64,000 nucleotides of DNA, taken from NCBI GenBank assembly GCA_964501565.1, contig CAZCUJ010000003.1, forward strand, positions 41,100 to 105,099. The letters are read 5' to 3'. Below the pieces are notes generated by a model that saw nothing but the letters and a program-made list of their open reading frames with translations, was not told the origin of the DNA and ran no database searches. This DNA comes from an uncultured Methanospirillum sp. GTDB taxonomy: Archaea; Halobacteriota; Methanomicrobia; Methanomicrobiales; Methanospirillaceae. This document shows, in pieces, positions 32,641 to 42,435 of the stretch (position 1 is the first letter of the stretch; each line of letters begins with the position of its first letter). Position numbers and translations under genes: made by a program.

Positions 32641-34377
32641 ATGGTAGCGGACACATACGAGCGGGTGATGGATCTCGCCCGACGCCGGGGCTTCGTCTGG
32701 CCCACCTCGGAGCCCTATGGCGCGGTCGCCGGGTTCGTCGACTACGGCCCCCTCGGTGCGATGATGAAGCGGCGGATCGAGGAGACGTGGCGCTCGTTCT
32801 ACGTGGTCCGCGAGGGGTTCTACGAGATCGAGTGTCCGACCGTCGGCCAGGAGGCGATCTATATCGCGTCGGGCCATGTCAAGGGCTTCTCGGACAAGAT
32901 GGTCCAGTGCCCCCACTGTACCGAATACCTTCGGGCCGATCACGTCGTCGAGGGCGGCGGACGGTGCGCGAACGCAGCCACGCTCGACGAGGCGGCCCTC
33001 TGCCGCGAGCTCGAGGACCTCGCCTGCCCGGCATGTGGCGAGCCGTTCGGCCCCGTCGAGGTCTTCGGGTTCTCCCTGATGTTCCAGACCTCGATCGGGC
33101 CGGGCTCGCAGCGGACGGGCTACCTCCGGCCCGAGACGGCGCAGGGGATCTTCACCGACTTCGCCCGGCTGCTCAGGTTCTACCGCGACAAGCTCCCGTT
33201 CGGCGCGACCCAGATCGGCAAGTCCTACCGCAACGAGATCTCGCCTCGCCAGGGGATGATCCGCCTGCGTGAGTTCACCCAGGCCGAGGCCGAGATCTTC
33301 GTCCACCCCGAGAAGAAGGCGCACCCGAACTTCGCCCGGTACGCCGGCTACCGGATGCCGCTGCTCGGGTACGCCCAGCAGGAGGCCGGCGAGCCGGCCG
33401 TCGAGATGAGCATGGCCGAGGCTGTCGCGTCGGGCACGGTCGCGAACGAGTACGTGGCCTACTACCTCGCCCTGACCCACGAGTTCCTCTGCCGCGTCGG
33501 CGTCGCGCCCGACCGCCTCCGCTTCCGCCAGCACCTCCCGGACGAGCGCGCCCACTACGCCTGCGACTGCTGGGACGCCGAGTGCCATTCGGCCCGGTTC
33601 GGGTGGGTCGAGACCGTCGGGATCGCCGACCGGACCGACTACGACCTCCGGGCCCACGCCTCCCACTCGGGCGAGCCGTTCACGGTCTTCATCCAGTACC
33701 CCGAGCCGATCCGACGACGCGAGACCCGGGTCGTGCCCCGCATGGGCGCGCTCGGCCCCCGGTTCCGGGGGAAGGCGAAGGCGGTCGCGGACGCGATTGC
33801 CGCGACCGACCCGGCGGTGGCCGCGGCCCCGGCCGGCTTCTCGGTCGAGCTCGACGGCGCCCCCCTCGAGGTCACCCCCGAACTGTTCGACGTCCGCGAG
33901 GTCGAGATCGAGGTCCAGGGCGAGGAGGTCATGCCGCACGTGATCGAGCCGAGCTACGGGATCGACCGCATCCTCTACTCGGTCCTCGAGCACCGCTTCG
34001 ACGAGGAGCCGGTCGAGGACGGGACCCGCACCGTGCTCCGGCTGCCGCCGTCCATCGCCCCCATCCAGGTCGCGGTCTTTCCGCTCATGGGCCGCGACGG
34101 CCTCGACACTCTGGCGGCCTCGCTCGCGGACGAGCTCAAGGCCGCGGGGCTCATGGCCGAGTACGACGACTCGGGCGCGATCGGCCGCCGGTACCGGCGC
34201 CAGGACGAGATCGGAACGCCGTTCGCGGTCACGGTCGACTACGACACTCTCGGGGACGGCACCGTGACCCTGCGCGACCGCGACACGATGCGCCAGGTCC
34301 GGCTGGCCCGCGCCGACCTCGCCGGCACCTGCCGCGCGCTCTGCGCGGGCCGCGCCTCGTTCTCTGACCTCGAATGA
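32641..34377 (+). CDS. glyS: glycyl-tRNA synthetase (archaeal/eukaryotic alpha2 type)
   Basis: Called from ATG 32641. 'RRGFVWPSSEPYGAVAGFVDYGPLG'-like N-terminus, 'YLRPETAQGIF', 'IGKSYRNEISPRQGMIRLREFTQAEAE', 'VIEPSYGIDRILY' and 'RRYRRQDEIGTPFAVTVD' are present. The longer track ORF (32572) adds an unlikely leader. Confidence 0.9.
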   Translation: MVADTYERVMDLARRRGFVWPTSEPYGAVAGFVDYGPLGAMMKRRIEETWRSFYVVREGFYEIECPTVGQEAIYIASGHVKGFSDKMVQCPHCTEYLRADHVVEGGGRCANAATLDEAALCRELEDLACPACGEPFGPVEVFGFSLMFQTSIGPGSQRTGYLRPETAQGIFTDFARLLRFYRDKLPFGATQIGKSYRNEISPRQGMIRLREFTQAEAEIFVHPEKKAHPNFARYAGYRMPLLGYAQQEAGEPAVEMSMAEAVASGTVANEYVAYYLALTHEFLCRVGVAPDRLRFRQHLPDERAHYACDCWDAECHSARFGWVETVGIADRTDYDLRAHASHSGEPFTVFIQYPEPIRRRETRVVPRMGALGPRFRGKAKAVADAIAATDPAVAAAPAGFSVELDGAPLEVTPELFDVREVEIEVQGEEVMPHVIEPSYGIDRILYSVLEHRFDEEPVEDGTRTVLRLPPSIAPIQVAVFPLMGRDGLDTLAASLADELKAAGLMAEYDDSGAIGRRYRRQDEIGTPFAVTVDYDTLGDGTVTLRDRDTMRQVRLARADLAGTCRALCAGRASFSDLE

Positions 34378-36617
34378 GCCAGATCCAGCACCCGCTGATC
34401 CGCCCCGGCGCGCTCGAGGCGCGCCAGTACCAGCTCGCGATCGCGATGCGGGCGCTCGACCAGAACACCATGGTCGTGCTCCCCACGGGCCTCGGCAAGA
34501 CCGCCGTCGCTCTCCTCGTCGCGGCCGCCCGGCTGAAGGAGGATCCGGGCGCCCGGGTGCTGATGCTGGCCCCGACCAAGCCGCTCGCCGAGCAGCACTA
34601 CCGGTTCTTCCGCGACCTCCTCGTGCTCGACGAAGACGCGTTCGCGCTCTTCACGGGCGAGACGGCGCCCGCCGAGCGCGTCCGGACCTGGGCGAAAGCC
34701 CGGATCTGCTTCGCCACGCCCCAGGTCATCAAGAACGACTGCCTCGCGGGCCGGTACTCGCTCGAGGATGTCTCCCTCCTCGTGGTCGACGAGTGCCACC
34801 GCGCCGTCGGGAACTACGCCTACACCTTCCTCGCCGAGTGGTACGCGAGGACCGCGGCGCACCCCCTCCTCCTCGCCATGACCGCCTCCCCCGGGGGCGA
34901 CGCGGGGAAGGTCCGCGAGGTCTGCGACGTGCTCGGCATCGAGCGGCTCGAGACCCGGGTCGAGACCGACCCCGACGTCGCGCCCTACGTCCACGAGCGG
35001 ACCCTCGAGTTCGTGAAGGTCGACCTCCCCCCCGAGCTCGCGGACGCCCGGGACCGGATGCACCACCTCGTCGACTCCCGGCTCGCGGCCCTCCGGTGGC
35101 TCGGCTTTCCCGCCCCCGAGCGCGAGCGGCTGACCATGCGTGCCCTGAACGGGCTGAACGCGCAGGTCCAGGACCGGATCGCCGAGCGGGATCCGGGCGC
35201 CTTCAAGGCCGCCTCGGTCCTCGCCGAGCTGATGAAGCTCCGCCACGGGCTGACCCTCTGTGAGTCGCAGGGGTCGATGGCACTCGCCCGGTTTCTCGAG
35301 CGGCTCGCCCTTGACGGCACCTCGGAGAACGGGACGAAGGCCAGCCAGCGCCTCGCGGCCGACCCCGTCTTCGGCGAGCTCGTGGCCATGGCGCGCTCGT
35401 GGGAGGGGGAGCTCCACCCGAAGTTCCCCATGGTCCGCGCGGTGATCGAGGAGCAGCTCCGGGCCGACCCCCAGAGCCGGATCATCCTCTTCGCCTCGTA
35501 CCGGGACACGGTCCACGCCCTCGCGGCCCACCTCTCCGCCTGCGGCATCTCCTCCGAGCGGTTCGTCGGCCAGGCCTCCCGTGACACGGAGAAGGGGCTC
35601 TCCCAGAAGCAGCAGATCGACGCGCTCCGGCGGTTCCGCGCGGGCGAGTTCCGCGTCCTCGTCTCGACCTCGGTCGGCGAGGAGGGGCTCGACATCCCGT
35701 CGACGGACCTCGTCGTCTTCTACGAGGCCGTACCGTCCGAGATCCGGTCCATCCAGCGTAAGGGGCGGACCGGCCGATCCGGCACGGGGCGGATCGTGGT
35801 GCTGGTGACGCGGAACACCTCCGACGAGACCTTCCGGTACATCTCGCAGTCGCGCGAACGGTCCATGCAGAAGGGCCTCGTCCGGATGCGCACGCCGGAC
35901 GGCCCGCGGCAGGCCGAGCTCGAGACGGGCGACCCTCCCGCCGACGATCCGCTCCAGCAGCGGCTCGTGGGATTTCTGCCCACGGGCCCCGCCGTCGTGG
36001 CGGACGACCGCGAGACGCCGTCACGCGTGGTCGAGGCCCTCCGGCTCGCCGGCGCCGCCCTGGAGATCGAGCACCTCGAGATCGGCGACTACGCCATCGG
36101 CGACCGGATCGTCGTCGAGCGTAAGACGGCCCGCGACTTCGTGGACACGCTCGTCGAGCGGGACCTGCTCGGGCAGCTCCGCTCGCTCGCGGACGCCGCC
36201 CCGAGGCCGGTCCTGATCGTCGAGGGCGGCGACCTCTTCTCACACCGGCAGATCCACCCGAACGCCATCCGCGGGGCGCTCGCCGCGATCGCGGTGGACA
36301 TGGGCGTGACCCTCCTCTATTCCGCCGACGAGAAGGAGACGGCCGACCTCCTGCTCGTGCTCGCCCGGCGCGAGGAGGGCGGGCGGGGCGAGCGCAAAGC
36401 CCACCCGAAGAAGACGCGCCGCTCCGTCCGGGAGCAGCAGGAGTATGTCCTCTCCTCGTTCCCGGAGGTGGGGCCGCGGACCGCCCGGGCCCTTCTCGAG
36501 ACCTTTGGGTCGCTCCTCGGCGTGGTCACGGCGGACCGCGCCGCGCTCGAGGCCGTCCCGGGCGTCGGGGGGAAGACCGCGGCGCGGCTCCACGAGTTCG
36601 TGCGGCAGCGCTACTGA
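34374..36617 (+). CDS. hef: Hef: SF2 helicase fused to an ERCC4/XPF-type nuclease and HhH2
   Basis: 747 aa. 'VLPTGLGKT', 'VVDECHRAVGNYAY', 'ILFASYRDT' and 'TSVGEEGLDIPSTDLVVFYEAVPSEIRSIQRKGRTGR' are helicase motifs. The C-terminal 'GDYAIGDRIVVERKTARDF' is the ERCC4 motif. The start overlaps the glyS stop (ATGA). Confidence 0.85.
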   Translation: MSQIQHPLIRPGALEARQYQLAIAMRALDQNTMVVLPTGLGKTAVALLVAAARLKEDPGARVLMLAPTKPLAEQHYRFFRDLLVLDEDAFALFTGETAPAERVRTWAKARICFATPQVIKNDCLAGRYSLEDVSLLVVDECHRAVGNYAYTFLAEWYARTAAHPLLLAMTASPGGDAGKVREVCDVLGIERLETRVETDPDVAPYVHERTLEFVKVDLPPELADARDRMHHLVDSRLAALRWLGFPAPERERLTMRALNGLNAQVQDRIAERDPGAFKAASVLAELMKLRHGLTLCESQGSMALARFLERLALDGTSENGTKASQRLAADPVFGELVAMARSWEGELHPKFPMVRAVIEEQLRADPQSRIILFASYRDTVHALAAHLSACGISSERFVGQASRDTEKGLSQKQQIDALRRFRAGEFRVLVSTSVGEEGLDIPSTDLVVFYEAVPSEIRSIQRKGRTGRSGTGRIVVLVTRNTSDETFRYISQSRERSMQKGLVRMRTPDGPRQAELETGDPPADDPLQQRLVGFLPTGPAVVADDRETPSRVVEALRLAGAALEIEHLEIGDYAIGDRIVVERKTARDFVDTLVERDLLGQLRSLADAAPRPVLIVEGGDLFSHRQIHPNAIRGALAAIAVDMGVTLLYSADEKETADLLLVLARREEGGRGERKAHPKKTRRSVREQQEYVLSSFPEVGPRTARALLETFGSLLGVVTADRAALEAVPGVGGKTAARLHEFVRQRY

Positions 36618-36973
36618 TCCCCCAGGAGCGACCACCCGAGCCGGACACACTTCATGAGCGTCAAGCACCGCCCGGGATCGGGCTCGCAGCGGGTGCGCGC
36701 GAGGAGACAGGCGAGCGTGGCCTCAAGCTCGGCGCCGAGCGCGCCGGGCGGATGCGGGGCGGGGGCTGCCGGGGTAGGCACGGGCTCCGCCTGCCGGGGG
36801 GCTCCGGCCTCTCCCGGGGACTCACCGGCGGACGCCCGGTGGGCGTCGCAGACCACGCACCGGGTCTCGCCCTTCAGCTCGAAGAGGGGGCAGCCACAGT
36901 CCGGGCAGGCCCGGGCGAGCATGCGCGCGCCGTGCAGGAGGTGTTCGGCCATGATCTCGTCGTCGCTAGCCAT
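36611..36973 (-). CDS. UPF0148 / autoantigen-p27-like zinc-ribbon protein
   Basis: 120 aa. 'MAEHLLHGARMLARACPDCGCPLFELKGETRCVVCD' matches the p27-family N-terminal pattern. Confidence 0.65.
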   Translation of the reverse strand: MASDDEIMAEHLLHGARMLARACPDCGCPLFELKGETRCVVCDAHRASAGESPGEAGAPRQAEPVPTPAAPAPHPPGALGAELEATLACLLARTRCEPDPGRCLTLMKCVRLGWSLLGDQ

Positions 36974-37051
36974 CGAGAGAGAGGTAGGCTTATCAACTTA
37001 TTTATGGATGTATGGGCCACCTGTCTGAACGTATCAGGGGGAACGAGAAAA

Positions 37052-37315
37052 ATGACCGCTCAGGACGTACAGATCGGCGCGTGTATCCAGATGCTCCAGC
37101 ACATCACCGAGGACTCCTCCATTCCGCGGAACATCCGCCGCGTGGCGGATGAGACGCGGGGGATCCTGCTCGACACCTCGAAGCCCGCGGGGCTCCGCGC
37201 CGCCACGGCGATCTCGAAGATCGACGAGATCAGCAACGACCCGAACATGCCCGTGCACGCAAGGACAAGGATCTGGGAGCTGGTCTCGCAGCTCGAGTCG
37301 ATACCGCTCGGCTGA
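37052..37315 (+). CDS. UPF0147-family small protein
   Basis: 87 aa counted from ATG 37052. 'IQMLQHITEDSSIPRNIRRVADE...LRAATAISKIDEISNDPNMPVHARTRIWELVSQLE' is the conserved archaeal UPF0147 pattern. The longer track ORF upstream is R/G-rich noise. Confidence 0.7.
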   Translation: MTAQDVQIGACIQMLQHITEDSSIPRNIRRVADETRGILLDTSKPAGLRAATAISKIDEISNDPNMPVHARTRIWELVSQLESIPLG

Positions 37316-37545
37316 TCGTCCCAGGGCTGGCGACGGAACCGTCCCAACGGTCCCGATGCGCGTCCCCGTCCCTTCCAGCGTACCGGGTTCCACGCAGCGG
37401 ACGGATGAGACGCTCCCCCACCCTTCTTCTCGAACCGGCATCCGGCGCCCGGTCGGTCTGCCTTTGTCCGTACCGCGAGGTGCAGGGAGTATCGCGCTCC
37501 TTCTCCGTCAAATGTCCCCCGGCCCGGCGGGCCGGTCCCCCCGAA

Positions 37546-38289
37546 TCACTCCTGGACGATGACCGAGGCCTCGGGGTCGAAGGGGCTTGTCCGCACCGCG
37601 AGCGAGAAGAGGTACGGGTAGTACCTGCCGACGTATCCCAGGTATTCGAGCCACTCTGTGACGAGCAGAGGGTAAACCCGCTCCAGGTCCACCGCGAGGT
37701 GCTCCCGGTCCGCCGGGGGGAGGGCGGCGAGGTCCGGACGCCGTCCGAGCTCCTCGGTCACGTGGAAGATCGCCCTGAGGAGCTCGGCGAACTCCTCGTG
37801 CTCGAGGAGCGCGGGGTTCTCGAGGAGCCGGAGCAGGAAGTCCTCGTGCTTCCGAAGGAACGCCCTGACCCCGGGAAGGTCGATGGCCGCGGGGTCGATG
37901 CGATAGGCGCGGCCCTCCAGCAGCCGGCGCAGCGTGGGAAGGTCGTCGGGGGTCCAGGCGCGATCCCGCCGTATAGAATCGCGTATCCCCTCAATGCCGG
38001 GATCGCCGCGCACCAGGTGTTCGAGCAGGTCGATCCCGACCGTGCTGAAGAACGCGCCGATCAGCATGCCGAGCTTGTCGCGCCGCTGCTTGCGGGCGCG
38101 GGACTCGAGCAGCCCGTGGATCACCAGGGTCACGAGGAGGACCTCGAATGGGATGAACGCGACGTCCTCGACGAAGAAGATCAGGATGTGGTGGAGATCC
38201 TGGAAGATGACGTAGTGGAGCACGTAGATCGCGGCAGAGACGGCGACGAGCACCGCGCCGAAGAGGACTAGGAAACGCCGGTCGACCAT
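37546..38289 (-). CDS. hypothetical membrane-anchored protein
   Basis: 247 aa. It has two or three N-terminal TM helices followed by a helical soluble domain. Coding composition is good. No motif recognised. Confidence 0.6.
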   Translation of the reverse strand: MVDRRFLVLFGAVLVAVSAAIYVLHYVIFQDLHHILIFFVEDVAFIPFEVLLVTLVIHGLLESRARKQRRDKLGMLIGAFFSTVGIDLLEHLVRGDPGIEGIRDSIRRDRAWTPDDLPTLRRLLEGRAYRIDPAAIDLPGVRAFLRKHEDFLLRLLENPALLEHEEFAELLRAIFHVTEELGRRPDLAALPPADREHLAVDLERVYPLLVTEWLEYLGYVGRYYPYLFSLAVRTSPFDPEASVIVQE

Positions 38290-38365
38290 TGGTGATCGTA
38301 CTGGGACAGCCGGGGGTTAAAAGATCGGGCCCGCGGAGGGGCGGGCCCGGGCGCCGCCGGCGCGG

Positions 38366-38779
38366 TCAGCCGGTCAGGGTCACGGTCACGACCCGCGAGC
38401 GGGAGGACCGGACGTCGAGCTCGAGCAGGACGACCTGTTGCCAGGTGCCGAGGAGGAGCCGCCCGTCCCGGAACGGGACCGGGAGGGACGGACCGACCAG
38501 CGCGGCCCGGACGTGCGAGCGCCCGTTGCCGTCGCCCCAGGCCCGGTCGTGGGCGTAGGCGGCGTCTCTCGGGGCGAGGACGTCGAGGGCGCGCGCCAGG
38601 TCCTCGAGGACCCCGGGTTCGTACTCGATGGTGGTCACGGCGGCCGTCGAACCGCCGATGAAGACGGTCGCGACCCCGGACGACATCCCGCTCTCGCGGA
38701 TGGCAGCGGCGACGTGTGCCGTCAGGTCGACGACCTCTCCCTCGCCGTGCGTCTGGATGGTGATCTCCGTCTGGAACAT
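38366..38779 (-). CDS. YjbQ/UPF0047 family protein (secondary thiamine-phosphate synthase-like)
   Basis: Called from ATG 38779. 'MFQTEITIQTHGEGEVVDLT', 'VFIGGSTAAVTTIEYEPGV' and 'GNGRSHVRAALVGPSLPVPF..G.L.LGTWQQVVLLELD' are YjbQ signatures. Confidence 0.8.
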   Translation of the reverse strand: MFQTEITIQTHGEGEVVDLTAHVAAAIRESGMSSGVATVFIGGSTAAVTTIEYEPGVLEDLARALDVLAPRDAAYAHDRAWGDGNGRSHVRAALVGPSLPVPFRDGRLLLGTWQQVVLLELDVRSSRSRVVTVTLTG

Positions 38780-38896
38780 GGATTCACCCTCTCTCGCATA
38801 GTATGTCTCCCGCAATGCCCCTGTCGGTCAGGCCCCGTTCACTCCGAACAATTATTGCGCTCGGGCCCAAATCCCCTCTCAATCAGGTCAAGACGC

Positions 38897-40843
38897 ATGA
38901 CCCAGAAAGCCAGCATCGTCACGGAACTCGGTGAGCAGGCCGTCCTCCTTCCCGCGCTCGTCCACCAGGCGCTCGCCGCCAACGACAGGATCAAGTACTA
39001 CTTCTCCCTCCTGCAGACGGCCCGGCAGCGCGCCGAGCACCCTGGCCAGACCCCCTCGACCCTCCGCGACGAGCGCGAGGCGGCCGGGATCGAGGACCCG
39101 GCACTCGACAGCGTCGTGGCCGGTGCTCTCCGCCTGAGCGACGGCCGCTACCGGCTACCGGTGCTCGACGAGATCCTGCTCGAGATCCGCCGTGCGGCCG
39201 AGGAGATGCTGCGGCCCCTGGTCGTCTCGGGCACCCCCGGGGCCGATGCATTCGGCACCCGGCTCGCCACCCTCCTCGGGACGGTCCGCGGGGACGGGCC
39301 GGACGAGATCGACGGCAGCAGGATCCACGCGATCACCTCGGGCGACCGGGCCGCCGGCGACAGCCTCCACCTGCTCGTGATGGACCTCCACAGGGCGCTC
39401 AACGGTCTCCTGGACGACCTTGCCAACGAGACGGTGGACGGGGCCAGGACCTACCTGCTCGGCGACGGGGACCGGGTCCTCGTCAGCGCGTTCATGGGCG
39501 GTCTCAACAGGACGGCTCCCCTGAAGTTCGAGCATCCCGGCCTCGGGACCACCGTGACGCGCGCCGGCGAGAAGCTCGTGATCCAGAACGACATCGGGGT
39601 GACCGAGGCTCATGTCCTGGTGGTCACGGTCACGGGTCTCACGGTCACGGTCACCTACACCGACGTGCACATGGCCCGCCTTGCCTTCTTCCAGTCCCTC
39701 TTCGACGACCGCGGGGTGGAGTGGTCCGACACGCTCTCGCGACGGGACACGGTCTCGCGGGAGAGCGGCGGGATCTACCACCTCACCATCGGGACCCATG
39801 TCGCCGCGGACGAGGACGACTGCCTTGCCTTCCTCGGGCACCTGGGCTCGCGCCTCGTCTTCCTGATCGACTGGAACAAGGCGAGAAAGCAGCTGCGAAA
39901 CTTCCTGCTCAACCGGGACGCGGTGGCCGTGATACGGAAGGCGGCGCGGGAGGAGGTCGGCCATCGCGGCTTCCTCGAGCTCGGCGGGGACCGGCTGATC
40001 TACTCGGCACTCGAGCTCGCCGCCCGTGTCCCGCTCCGCTACGGCGAGCCCCTCCACAAGGTCCTCGGGCGGGAGAAGACCATGGAGTACCTATCCTGGG
40101 TCCTGAAGGCCGCGTCGGAGGGGCTGATGCGCGGCATGCCCCGTCTCCTCATCCGGGACCAGTGCCGCGCCGAGCTCCTCCGGTACTTCCGCACGGCCCA
40201 GGTGGAGCTCCTCGAGCGGTGCACGGACCACGCCACCCTGCTGATCGACGTCGCGCTCGCCCTCCAGACGTCGGTCATCGCTCTCCGGGCCGGCTCGGGG
40301 CTGGACCGGCTTCCGCGCAACGCGACACGTGCCAAGCGATGGGAGCGTGAGGCGGACCTGGTCGTCTCCGAGGTCCGGGCGCTCTCGGGACGGATCGAGG
40401 AGGTGGGGTTCTTCGAGAACCTGATCACGGTCCAGGACGACGCGCTCGATTACCTGGAGGAGGGCTGCTTCCATTCCACGCTCCTCGACGAAGCCGGCCA
40501 GTACCCGCTGAGCCTCCAGGGGCTCGAGGAGATGGCCGGCCTCGCCGTCCAGGCCGTGCGGGAGTTCATCCGAGCACTCTCCGCGGCCCAGTACACGCGC
40601 GCCGGCGCGAGCCGCGACGAGCTGCAGGAGTTCTTCATCGCGGCCAACCGCGTGATCGCGGTCGAGGAGGAGGCGGACGACGCGCGGCGCCGGACCGAGC
40701 GGTCCATCGTCAGGGAGGTCCGGCATCCCGGCGCGATGCACGCCTGCACCGAGCTCTCGCGCACGCTCGAGGAGTCCACGAACGCCCTGATGAAGGCCGT
40801 CTACATCCTCCGTGACAACACCCTCGAGGAGGTCCGTCGGTGA
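38897..40843 (+). CDS. large uncharacterised protein with C-terminal DUF47/PhoU-like helical domain
   Basis: 648 aa counted from ATG 38897; the track ORF's upstream part is shadow. The C-terminal ~200 aa carry 'KRWEREADLVVSEVRAL...LITVQDDALDYLEE' and a second 'EEEADDARRRTERSI...' half, as in DUF47 Pit-accessory/PhoU-like proteins. The N-terminal ~430 aa are unrecognised. Confidence 0.65.
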   Translation: MTQKASIVTELGEQAVLLPALVHQALAANDRIKYYFSLLQTARQRAEHPGQTPSTLRDEREAAGIEDPALDSVVAGALRLSDGRYRLPVLDEILLEIRRAAEEMLRPLVVSGTPGADAFGTRLATLLGTVRGDGPDEIDGSRIHAITSGDRAAGDSLHLLVMDLHRALNGLLDDLANETVDGARTYLLGDGDRVLVSAFMGGLNRTAPLKFEHPGLGTTVTRAGEKLVIQNDIGVTEAHVLVVTVTGLTVTVTYTDVHMARLAFFQSLFDDRGVEWSDTLSRRDTVSRESGGIYHLTIGTHVAADEDDCLAFLGHLGSRLVFLIDWNKARKQLRNFLLNRDAVAVIRKAAREEVGHRGFLELGGDRLIYSALELAARVPLRYGEPLHKVLGREKTMEYLSWVLKAASEGLMRGMPRLLIRDQCRAELLRYFRTAQVELLERCTDHATLLIDVALALQTSVIALRAGSGLDRLPRNATRAKRWEREADLVVSEVRALSGRIEEVGFFENLITVQDDALDYLEEGCFHSTLLDEAGQYPLSLQGLEEMAGLAVQAVREFIRALSAAQYTRAGASRDELQEFFIAANRVIAVEEEADDARRRTERSIVREVRHPGAMHACTELSRTLEESTNALMKAVYILRDNTLEEVRR

Positions 40844-42429
40844 CCCCGGCGATCGCGCTCTTCGGCACGAACCGGGACACGGGCAGGGCACCGGCGGCGC
40901 AGTACGGCAACAAGGCGGCAGTCCTGGCCGAGATGGCCGAGATCGGCGTACCCGTCCCTCCGGGGTTCGCGCTGCCGATCGACGCATGCGAGGAGTACTT
41001 CGCCGGTGACGGTTCCCTCCCGCCATGGGTCCCGGCCCTGCTCGCGCAGGGGATCGCGGAGCTTGAGTCCGCCACCGGGCTGGGGTTCGGGAACGACCGC
41101 CGGCCGCTCATGGTCTCGGTCAGATCGGGCGCGGCGGTCTCGATGCCGGGGATCATGGAGACGATCCTCAACGTCGGCCTCTCGCGCGCGACCGTCGGGG
41201 GCCTGGTCTACCGGACGGGGAACCCCCGTTTTGCCTGGGACTGCTACCGGCGTCTCCTCGCTCAGTTCGGCGAGGTCGTCCGGGGCCACGACCCCGCCCG
41301 GTACCGTGCCCTCGTCCGCGAGGCGATGGAGGCGGAGGGGGTGCCGGACCAGGCCGAGCTCGACACGGCGAGCCTGAGGACCCTCGCGGGCCAGTTCGAG
41401 CGGGTGCACGTTGAAGCAGGCCATCCCTTCCCATCGGACGCCGAGGAGCAGCTCGCGGCCTGCACCGAGGCCGTGCTCGCCTCGTGGGGGGGTCCCCGGG
41501 CCCAGGCCTTCCGCAGGCTGGGCCTCGCGGGCGATGCCCGCGGGACGGCGGTCGCCATCCAGTCGATGGTCTTCGGAAACCTGGGCTCCGCATCAGGCGC
41601 CGGCGTCGCGTTTACGCGGAACCCCTGGTCAGGGCACCCGGGCCTCCTCCTCGACTTCCGGTTCGGGGCCCAGGGCGAGGAGGTGGTCTCGGGCGAGCAG
41701 GCCGGCATGGACCAGGAGGCCTTCGCGCGCGTGATGCCCGAGCAGTTCGAGGCGCTGGCACGGATCGGCGCGCAGCTCGAGCGGCGGTTCGGGGACATGC
41801 AGGACATGGAGTTCACGATCGAGGAGGGGCGGTTCTTCATCCTCCAGAGCCGTGCGGGCAAACGGTCCCCGCTCGCGGCACTGCGGATCGCGATCGACCT
41901 CGTCGACGAGGGGTTGATCGACCCGGCCAGGGCGCTCGCTCAGCTCGACGGGATCGACCTCGACGGGATACGGGTACGGCGTGTCGTCGGCGGGGGCGAT
42001 CTCCTGGTGACCGGCACGCCGGCCTCGGGCGGCGTCGCGTCGGGCTCGATCGCGTTCACGGGGGAACGGGCCGAGGCGGAGGCACTCTCCGGGGGTGTCA
42101 TCCTGGTCCGACCAACCGCGTCGCCCGACGATATCGGGGGGATCCAGGCGGCCGCCGGGCTGCTCGTCGCGCGGGGTGGCCGCACCTCGCACGCGGCCGT
42201 TGTTGCACGGCAGCTCAACAAGGTCTGTGTGGTCAACTGTCCCGGGCTCTCCATCAACCGGCACCGCAGGATGTGCCGGCTCGGGGAGGCGGTGCTCCGC
42301 GAGGGGGACGTGATCTCGATCGACGGCGACACGGGTCGCGTCTACCGTGGCGTGGTCGCCGTCTCCGAAGAGCGGCCGGTCGCCCTTATCGAACGGGTCC
42401 GGGGCTGGTCGGGCCGCGGGCGCGGCTGA
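40840..42429 (+). CDS. pyruvate-phosphate-dikinase-like protein lacking the PEP/pyruvate-binding domain (ATP-grasp plus phosphohistidine swivel only)
   Basis: 529 aa. The GTG start overlaps the upstream stop (GTGA). 'YGNKAAVLAEMAEIGVPVPPGFAL' and 'MVSVRSGAAVSMPGIMETILNVGL' are the PPDK N-domain. 'ARGGRTSHAAVVARQLNKVCVV' and 'GDVISIDGDTGRVYRG' are the His domain. The ORF ends right after it. Confidence 0.8.
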   Translation: MTPAIALFGTNRDTGRAPAAQYGNKAAVLAEMAEIGVPVPPGFALPIDACEEYFAGDGSLPPWVPALLAQGIAELESATGLGFGNDRRPLMVSVRSGAAVSMPGIMETILNVGLSRATVGGLVYRTGNPRFAWDCYRRLLAQFGEVVRGHDPARYRALVREAMEAEGVPDQAELDTASLRTLAGQFERVHVEAGHPFPSDAEEQLAACTEAVLASWGGPRAQAFRRLGLAGDARGTAVAIQSMVFGNLGSASGAGVAFTRNPWSGHPGLLLDFRFGAQGEEVVSGEQAGMDQEAFARVMPEQFEALARIGAQLERRFGDMQDMEFTIEEGRFFILQSRAGKRSPLAALRIAIDLVDEGLIDPARALAQLDGIDLDGIRVRRVVGGGDLLVTGTPASGGVASGSIAFTGERAEAEALSGGVILVRPTASPDDIGGIQAAAGLLVARGGRTSHAAVVARQLNKVCVVNCPGLSINRHRRMCRLGEAVLREGDVISIDGDTGRVYRGVVAVSEERPVALIERVRGWSGRGRG

Positions 42430-42435
42430 CCCGCG

